IMG/VR virus record: IMGVR_UViG_3300029179_000006
Location: 1 to 43,158 of that record
Strand: one strand, 5' to 3'
DNA length: 43,158 nt
DNA from: a virus
Taxonomy: Duplodnaviria; Caudoviricetes
Positions 37,052 to 43,158 of this stretch are shown here, piece after piece (position 1 is the stretch's first letter; each line of letters begins with the position of its first letter). The position numbers were made by a program, and so were the translations under genes. The notes beneath the pieces are model-generated. The model was not told where the DNA came from. It worked only from the letters and a program-made list of their open reading frames with translations, and ran no database searches.

Positions 37052-37577
37052 TTATATTAAAACTTGTTAAAACATTATTGTTGGCTAATATTTTGTCTAA
37101 ATCCGATGGAGAAAATTGATCCAATTGATTATTTTCTATATGAATCCCCAAAATAATACACACTAGGGCAGCAGTTTCGGAGCATATAGACTCTGACTCT
37201 CCATTTTTTATAACATCATATATTTTATTTGGCCAAGTATGCACGTGTAAGAGTTTTTTAATACATAGCCATAAAATTTGCTTCTTACTATATTTCTTTC
37301 CCAGTGCTTTAACTTTAAATCGATAAAATTCAGCAAACTGCTCAGTGGAGCAATCAAATTCATATTCTTTAACAATTAAATTATCAACAAGAAAATTATC
37401 AATATGAGAACAATTAACCAATCCACGGGATGCCTGAAAAATCATATTCTCGCCAGTAATTGGACATAAATAACGAATATACGCGTGGGAAAATGGTTGC
37501 TTCTCACTTTCTGCAATTATTTTGCTCCCGACAGCCCAGATGTGTTTCGATCGGGAGAATCCGCACCAAATTTGCAT
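37044..37577 (-). CDS. Permuted papain-like NlpC/P60 enzyme (YiiX/YebB-like)
   Basis: FSHAYI (His first), GKKYS, ICSETAA (Cys later). Confidence 0.75.
   Translation of the reverse strand: MQIWCGFSRSKHIWAVGSKIIAESEKQPFSHAYIRYLCPITGENMIFQASRGLVNCSHIDNFLVDNLIVKEYEFDCSTEQFAEFYRFKVKALGKKYSKKQILWLCIKKLLHVHTWPNKIYDVIKNGESESICSETAALVCIILGIHIENNQLDQFSPSDLDKILANNNVLTSFNING
37061..37070 (-). promoter_or_regulatory. Core of the late motif
   Basis: TTAACAAGTT just upstream of ATG 37051; lacks the TTAG part and lies inside a CDS end. Confidence 0.35.
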
Positions 37578-37580
37578 ATA

Positions 37581-38204
37581 CTATTTAACCTCGTGCAAAT
37601 GAAAATTTATATAAATAGTTTTAGGTAAAGTACTTGGGGAAGCGTAATCAATTCGTATTTTCATTCCCTGAATTAAATCTGCGTCATATGGAGAAGTAAA
37701 TCTATGAAGTTTATCGCCAATATTCATATCAAAAGCAAATTGATTTAATGCGTAATTCGGCACACCTGAGATAATTCCAGTGGATGTATCACAAACCTTT
37801 AAACTTGCTTTATCTCCAATATCACCGTTAATAATCTCGATGCCAGTAATTTTGCATGCAAGATATGGAATTACAAATTCTATGGTCTCTGGAGAAGAAG
37901 TGAGGCCATGAACGATTCCATGTAATCGATAGTATAATTTTTTGCCATTAGGGAGTTCCTTAGCATCAAACGGTTGATTAGCTAGTGTTATTTTTTTATT
38001 GCCGGCAGCTTTAAAATTTGACTCAAAATCAACAACATCGGCTGATCCATCTTGAAGGACTTTACATTGTATTGAGAATGTTCCGTCAACTGCGTATAAA
38101 AAGTAATAATTTTCAATACTAAAATATTGAATTGACAGTCCTCGAGATTGGATAAACGATTTGAACGTCGCCCAGTTAACTTCAAGCATTATTCTTCCGT
38201 CCAT
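37581..38204 (-). CDS. Hypothetical virion-associated protein
   Basis: ORF in the late operon. Confidence 0.65.
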   Translation of the reverse strand: MDGRIMLEVNWATFKSFIQSRGLSIQYFSIENYYFLYAVDGTFSIQCKVLQDGSADVVDFESNFKAAGNKKITLANQPFDAKELPNGKKLYYRLHGIVHGLTSSPETIEFVIPYLACKITGIEIINGDIGDKASLKVCDTSTGIISGVPNYALNQFAFDMNIGDKLHRFTSPYDADLIQGMKIRIDYASPSTLPKTIYINFHLHEVK

Positions 38205-38890
38205 TCTATGCTAATATTAAAACTAGAACCAGCAACCGTGGTCGCATTAAGATTTATACTTAAAATTTGTGCAACTCCCCTAAGTACTATGGGTTGAGCT
38301 TCTCCAGACACAAACTCCCAATTCAACGTTTCATTAATTGTACTTTGGGCGTTTCCGGGAGCGGCCACTGGCATAGGTAAGTGACTAGATTTTAAAATTC
38401 CCGTTCCAGTTGTTGCACCTAATGTTGTGGGGTTAGCTGTATATGCCCTAACGATAGCAGTAGATGCCGGATTATTAGTATCGTGTGGCAGATTCGAGCG
38501 GACAGTGGAGGTTCCTCCGGTATTGTCGGCATTTCGGCGGATTAAAAGTATTGAGGTAAATGTTGCAGTGGTTCTGGTTCCAGTAATTCTTATTTTTTTA
38601 ATTCGAACAGTTCTACTGGCACTACCAGTAATAACAAATATATCGGTAGCGCTGGCAGCAGCAACAAGGCCAGTAACATTTGCGGAATATGTTGCAGTTT
38701 CTGCATCAGATACCGGAATAGCCTGTGCGGGGGTTCTGCGCCCCAACAGCTCATTTCCTAAATTATCTCGTAGATTGGCATGCAGTCCACCAGCGCTAGT
38801 TGAAAGTACGGGAGTTTGCTCGATTCCCGAAGAATCACATCCAACAATTTTAACCGTTTGCGCTGATGTTATATCCGTAAGATCTGCCAT
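38189..38890 (-). CDS. Beta-rich virion (decoration/fibre-like) protein
   Basis: T/A/S-rich; ends with IEWTEE. Confidence 0.65.
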   Translation of the reverse strand: MADLTDITSAQTVKIVGCDSSGIEQTPVLSTSAGGLHANLRDNLGNELLGRRTPAQAIPVSDAETATYSANVTGLVAAASATDIFVITGSASRTVRIKKIRITGTRTTATFTSILLIRRNADNTGGTSTVRSNLPHDTNNPASTAIVRAYTANPTTLGATTGTGILKSSHLPMPVAAPGNAQSTINETLNWEFVSGEAQPIVLRGVAQILSINLNATTVAGSSFNISIEWTEE

Positions 38891-38894
38891 CTAA

Positions 38895-39497
38895 TTATTC
38901 TTGTCCAGAAATAGTGCTGTAAACGTCTTGGGATTGATTATCTTTATTAGTCCGGATAATTCGAACTCTAGCACCCGATACAACAGAAGGAGGAGACGCA
39001 AATGTTGCGTCAATATTTGGATTGGCGGTAGAGTTAAATCCCACCCAAACGGTATTGAACACACCACTAGCGGCTGCGGTTTCAATTCGAACTTCGACTT
39101 TTAGTTTCCCCGAAGCGCTCCCATGAATTTGCGTAAGACGAAAAGCGGCGGCTGTAGTATAATCATGATTAGATGTTCCGCCACCAGCAACTGCTGCAAC
39201 AGTATTATAGTTATTAACTTCTGTTCCTGGATTATTTACTGAGACAGTAACGGGCAATGGGTTCGTATCAGTGTATCCATTACCTGCTGCATCCCGCAAC
39301 AGAACGTCTAGTGGCCGAGTTGCGCCTGCCGCGCTGGAAGTTAAATTATTTCCAGCACCATCTTGGTTTTTTACAACGATCCTGCCTGAGCTATCGACAG
39401 CTAATTGCTGTGAGGGAGTAGTTGCGTCTCCTAACTTAACAATCACGTCTCCTGCCGCTTCTGTACGAACAGGAAGTGAGCTATTAAAATCAGCCAT
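38895..39497 (-). CDS. Beta-rich virion (decoration/fibre-like) protein
   Basis: LAVDSSGRI, LRDAAGN, NPLPV motifs. Confidence 0.65.
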   Translation of the reverse strand: MADFNSSLPVRTEAAGDVIVKLGDATTPSQQLAVDSSGRIVVKNQDGAGNNLTSSAAGATRPLDVLLRDAAGNGYTDTNPLPVTVSVNNPGTEVNNYNTVAAVAGGGTSNHDYTTAAAFRLTQIHGSASGKLKVEVRIETAAASGVFNTVWVGFNSTANPNIDATFASPPSVVSGARVRIIRTNKDNQSQDVYSTISGQE

Positions 39498-39676
39498 TAC
39501 TTATTTTCCTTTTCTATTTCTAAGATTAATTCTTGTTCTCTTTGTTTTTGAATTTCTATATGGTTTTTAATTCGATCAATTTCTTCTAATCGTTCTTCAA
39601 CTTTAAATTCTAGTTCTTGTCGAGCCATCTTGACTCGGGCCAGCTCTAAATGTTTTCTTTTACTATCTAAATTCAT
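39497..39676 (-). CDS. 59-aa coiled-coil protein (not in ORF track)
   Basis: Hand-translated MNLDSKRKHLELARVKMARQELEFKVEERLEEIDRIK...; TAATG coupling to the next gene. Confidence 0.75.
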   Translation of the reverse strand: MNLDSKRKHLELARVKMARQELEFKVEERLEEIDRIKNHIEIQKQREQELILEIEKENK

Positions 39677-39677
39677 A

Positions 39678-40328
39678 TTAAGCTACCCGTATTTGAATTT
39701 TAGCATTAAAATCACCCACTGTTGGTCTATTATGCAAAACCTTAACCGTAACTACGTCAGAAGCAATCAATGATTGTGCACCAAAATCAAATGATGCGTT
39801 TAATTGTCCGCCGAAATAAGTATATTTTTTATCAATAACGCTCGCATTTAACTGTACTTCATAATATGCAACATTAGTTCCCGCAACATCTACGGTTAAT
39901 AGATAAGCATTGCTTAACGCTGTATATGAATGTATAGTTGTCAGAATTCCTGAGGCAACTGAAGTTACTTCATTATATGTATTACTAGTTGGAACAATTG
40001 AGTTAACATTAATTGACCCATCAGTATTAATTTCAAGCTCGTCACCATCGGAATCTTTAATGGCAATATTATCGCCATCGGCAGCATCAATTTCGACGGC
40101 TAAAGTGCCAGTTATATTGGCATTAAGTGACCCATCCGGATTAATCGCTAGTAGATCAACTCCATCACCAATGGCAACACTATCGTTACTGGCATCTAAA
40201 CTAACCGACAGTGTCCCACTAAAAGTCGCATCAGTGCGAAGCCGCCGAATATTTTCATCCCAAGCAGCCCGCAATACCTGTTCGGCATCCAATCTAGAAA
40301 GATAATTTGGATCACCCGGATTTGACAT
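39678..40328 (-). CDS. Beta-rich virion protein with internal repeat
   Basis: LAINPDGSLN and LEINTDGSIN repeats; shared N-terminal motif. Confidence 0.68.
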   Translation of the reverse strand: MSNPGDPNYLSRLDAEQVLRAAWDENIRRLRTDATFSGTLSVSLDASNDSVAIGDGVDLLAINPDGSLNANITGTLAVEIDAADGDNIAIKDSDGDELEINTDGSINVNSIVPTSNTYNEVTSVASGILTTIHSYTALSNAYLLTVDVAGTNVAYYEVQLNASVIDKKYTYFGGQLNASFDFGAQSLIASDVVTVKVLHNRPTVGDFNAKIQIRVA

Positions 40329-40489
40329 TAGTTTTTCTTTAAACGCTCACGAAGTTTACTAAAACGTTGTTTAGACATGTCGGTAAAATCGTTTACTACT
40401 TCTTCTTTAATTCCGCGTTTTTTAGCTTCTTCGGGATGCGATTCTAAATATTTGAATAAACGAAATTGTGATTTTGACTTTGCTGGCAT
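40328..40489 (-). CDS. 53-aa basic protein (not in ORF track)
   Basis: Hand-translated MPAKSKSQFRLFKYLESHPEEAKKRGIKEEVVNDFTDMSKQRFSKLRERLKKN; TAATG overlaps at both ends. Confidence 0.8.
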   Translation of the reverse strand: MPAKSKSQFRLFKYLESHPEEAKKRGIKEEVVNDFTDMSKQRFSKLRERLKKN

Positions 40490-42552
40490 TACTGTACTCC
40501 TTGAGGAACGGGCATGCCTGGAGGAACAACGACTTCGGCTGGTTGTGCCGGAGAAGGCAGATTTATACCCAGTGCTTCTGCCGAATTAGTATTTTGTGTT
40601 AACGGTTGTTCTAATACTTGACTCATATCGGACTGCTGCGCATTTGCTCCAGGCTCGGGAGGTCTTCCGGGCTCTTGTTGCTCAGGTGCCGGGGGGGCCA
40701 TCAACGACTGCTCGCCCATCATAGCAAGTAACTGCGGATCAACTCCCCGAAGCAGATTAATATGTTCTTGAATATGTTCTAGAGTTCGTTGTACTAGGGC
40801 CGGATCTTTTCTAAGTTCAGGATCAGCCAAAACACATTTATGTTCTTTAATATGAAGGGAATGTTGATCGGTTGCAACCGCCATAACAGGTTGGTTATCT
40901 ACAATACTCTCATTTTCTGATTTTATCAGAAGAAGCTCGGACTGAGTGTCCTCCGTCATTGCATCTAATTTTCCAGTATTGATAACTTGAAGATATTGTT
41001 CCGGTGATTTAATGAGATTCATTTGAAGTAATTGTTCTGCCATCTCAACGCGACCGGCTGTTGTTCTTGCAAGTGGGTTTCCGACATCAACAATTACTCG
41101 GTTAACTTGAGATATGTCTTCACCTGTAAATTCGCGCATTTCTGTGCGATTGGATTTACCAACAATCATTGCAATACGTGGGACTGATGCAAAACGTTGC
41201 AGCATCTTGATCAAGCCAGTTCCAACATCTTCAATAAGCTGAACGTATGATTGTTGAAGGCCGGACATATACTGAAGCGACATAGATTGAACAAGTGCCA
41301 AAGCTGTGCCAGATTTTAGATTATCCGGAGGATTACCACGAGCAACAGAGTTCACTCCTGAGATGGTTTCCATCTCTTTAATCAACTGCTGAAGAAAACT
41401 AAATACTTCGGCGGGTGTATTTGTCAGATTAAGTGCTTCAGGCTTTCCTAGCTGCGCATTATATTCAATTAGATTTAGTCCGCCAAGCAAATTTGATGGA
41501 GTTATATCAGTGCCTCGAGGCATCATGATATTTTGAACACCAAAAGCAGATTGATTAGATAAAATAGTACTAAAAAGAGAATTAACGGCATCTTGAATTG
41601 GGAGAAGGTCAAACATTGGTGTATAACCAAATGGTGTTCCAAGTATGTCTCCCGGAGCGATACGATAAACGGGAAGCACATCATATGGCATCGGGGCATC
41701 CATCAAAACCAGATCAGATTCTAGAAAAAGAAGATATCGACCATCTGGCATCGACTCAGAACGACGATGAAAAAATTCATACACAGGAACGTCGTCTGTT
41801 TGATACATGCCAAGATAATCAAAATGATGTTGATTCTCATCTTTTGAAGGAATGCCGACAATTCTATCCCGCAACTCTGGATATTTTGCGGCCAGGTCAT
41901 ACTTATTTTTATATGAGCGACACAAGATCCAGTCGTGATCTTGACTTTCTTTTGTATTATCAACAACTACATCAAATGGTGAGAGGTTAGTAAATTGAAC
42001 ATCACCTTCATAGACGGGATAACCTTCAGAAATTGTCTCACCAGACATGGGATCGATTTCGGGCTCAATATGGTCATAAATTTCTCCACCCGTCGCGTTC
42101 CAGTCCATTTTAATATAACCAGAACCGAGAACGATGGCGTATTCGACCGCAGTTTTAAGATATCGCTCGAGACGTTTTTCTCGCATATAATAATCTAAAA
42201 GACTATTTGCGAGTTTAGTTTGAATGTAGGATCGATAATCTGTATTAATTGCACGAGCTTCCATCGCAGGTCGCGTGGAAGTAATCATAACCAAGATATT
42301 TTGTGCTATATTGCGAAAATGATTTACTGGGAGGTTAGCAAGTTCACCTTGCTCACCGCTGAACGTGATTTTGTGTCCATTTTGAACTGATGTATAATAA
42401 GCACCATGATACGCTGCCCACATCTCCCGGACCTTGTCCAGATATCCATGAGTGTCAAGATTTCGAAACCAAGAATTGGCTTTACTCAAAAGAATATTTA
42501 CCGTTTCATCGGCTTCGCGAGAAGCGAAGTATTTTTCTTGGTCTAATTTCAT
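40489..42552 (-). CDS. Portal protein
   Basis: Follows terminase; LSPFDVVVD, METISGVN...RG...SGTAL; Pro/Gln-rich tail typical of podoviral portals. Confidence 0.88.
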   Translation of the reverse strand: MKLDQEKYFASREADETVNILLSKANSWFRNLDTHGYLDKVREMWAAYHGAYYTSVQNGHKITFSGEQGELANLPVNHFRNIAQNILVMITSTRPAMEARAINTDYRSYIQTKLANSLLDYYMREKRLERYLKTAVEYAIVLGSGYIKMDWNATGGEIYDHIEPEIDPMSGETISEGYPVYEGDVQFTNLSPFDVVVDNTKESQDHDWILCRSYKNKYDLAAKYPELRDRIVGIPSKDENQHHFDYLGMYQTDDVPVYEFFHRRSESMPDGRYLLFLESDLVLMDAPMPYDVLPVYRIAPGDILGTPFGYTPMFDLLPIQDAVNSLFSTILSNQSAFGVQNIMMPRGTDITPSNLLGGLNLIEYNAQLGKPEALNLTNTPAEVFSFLQQLIKEMETISGVNSVARGNPPDNLKSGTALALVQSMSLQYMSGLQQSYVQLIEDVGTGLIKMLQRFASVPRIAMIVGKSNRTEMREFTGEDISQVNRVIVDVGNPLARTTAGRVEMAEQLLQMNLIKSPEQYLQVINTGKLDAMTEDTQSELLLIKSENESIVDNQPVMAVATDQHSLHIKEHKCVLADPELRKDPALVQRTLEHIQEHINLLRGVDPQLLAMMGEQSLMAPPAPEQQEPGRPPEPGANAQQSDMSQVLEQPLTQNTNSAEALGINLPSPAQPAEVVVPPGMPVPQGVQ

Positions 42553-42564
42553 TTATATTGATTC

Positions 42565-42581
42565 CTAATTAAACTTGTTAA
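42565..42581 (-). promoter_or_regulatory. Conserved 17-bp motif, putative late promoter of the portal gene
   Basis: TTAACAAGTTTAATTAG on the - strand. Confidence 0.75.
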
Positions 42582-42588
42582 ATATGTA

Positions 42589-43140
42589 TTATCTTTTTAT
42601 ACTTTTACGAGCCTTGAACATGTCTGCCCAAGTTTGTTGTTTTGGAGTTAATATATTACCTTTATTTGGTTCAAAATATTCTGAGGGACCATTAAATCCA
42701 TAACCAGGAGGATAAGGATTTTTAGACTCGTTAATATTTCGCACTAAGTACATTAAAGCCGGGATAGCATCCCAGTGACCACTAGTGCTACTTCTGCTAA
42801 AATCTTTCTTATTTTTGGCCCAAGTTCCATTTCGTAGATGATATATTAAAGTTTTGCACTTAGGATTGATTATTATTTTTTGTTCGGCAAGCTTAACACG
42901 CATTGTATTAAGTGCTGCCTCTTTATTATCTTTTCGTGTGGGAACAAATTGAATATTATATTTATAAGATAGATCATTTAAAAAAATAACGTTATTATTG
43001 TCAGAAATTCGTAAATATGGGGCTTTAAACTCCTTACTTATCGGATGGCTCCATAGTTCTTGTTCTTTCTGAGACACTAGGCGCGCAAATTCATCAATCC
43101 TAAATTCTGGCCTAATAGTAAATCCACGATCTTCGCCTCC
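42589..43140 (-). CDS. terL: Terminase large subunit, C-terminal nuclease part (5' truncated)
   Basis: Frame open to the contig end; KIIINPKCKTLI and GHWDAIPALMY; upstream of portal. Confidence 0.8.
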   Translation of the reverse strand, partial: GGEDRGFTIRPEFRIDEFARLVSQKEQELWSHPISKEFKAPYLRISDNNNVIFLNDLSYKYNIQFVPTRKDNKEAALNTMRVKLAEQKIIINPKCKTLIYHLRNGTWAKNKKDFSRSSTSGHWDAIPALMYLVRNINESKNPYPPGYGFNGPSEYFEPNKGNILTPKQQTWADMFKARKSIKR

Positions 43141-43141
43141 A

Positions 43142-43158
43142 GATCGTGACTGGGAAAC
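43142..43158 (-). other. Complete Round A/B (SISPA) primer sequence; library artefact
   Basis: Reverse complement is exactly GTTTCCCAGTCACGATC. Confidence 0.92.

Noticed and set aside
587-42572. Many short antisense or alternate-frame ORFs in the track (e.g. 615-1034, 30479-30850, 38427-38894, 41598-41990)
   Set aside because: They are shadows of long genes that have clear motifs or operon context
19799-42581. Repeated 17-mer as a CRISPR or mini-array repeat
   Set aside because: Copies are single, kilobases apart and sit upstream of genes; there is no repeat-spacer periodicity
150-43140. Stop-codon reassignment
   Set aside because: Genes are full-length and tightly packed in code 11; TAA, TAG and TGA all end genes
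1-43158. Inverted terminal repeat suggesting a linear, protein-primed genome
   Set aside because: The repeat is the amplification primer, and the terminase is cut mid-gene

Overview
This is a 43-kb fragment of an AT-rich, tailed dsDNA bacteriophage with a podovirus-like gene set, organised in two convergent arms. The + arm (150-13029) encodes an AEP primase/DnaB-type helicase fusion, a family B DNA polymerase, a nucleotide-metabolism cluster, peptide deformylase, HEXXH peptidases, an HNH nuclease and a four-gene membrane cassette containing a trypsin-like protease. The - arm (43140-13010) runs from a partial terminase through portal, small virion proteins, scaffold, major capsid, fibres, adaptor, nozzle, a GNAT and ejection-like proteins. 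A + strand island ending in an M15-type peptidase interrupts the - arm. Read directly from the sequence: four near-identical sigma70 promoters, three of which predict leaderless mRNAs; a 17-bp motif (TTAACAAGTTnAwTTAG) upstream of structural genes; and remnants of the Round A/B (SISPA) amplification primer at both contig ends. I found no tRNA, CRISPR array, integrase, reverse transcriptase or RNA polymerase. All protein calls rest on motifs read by eye plus gene order; no database searches were run.
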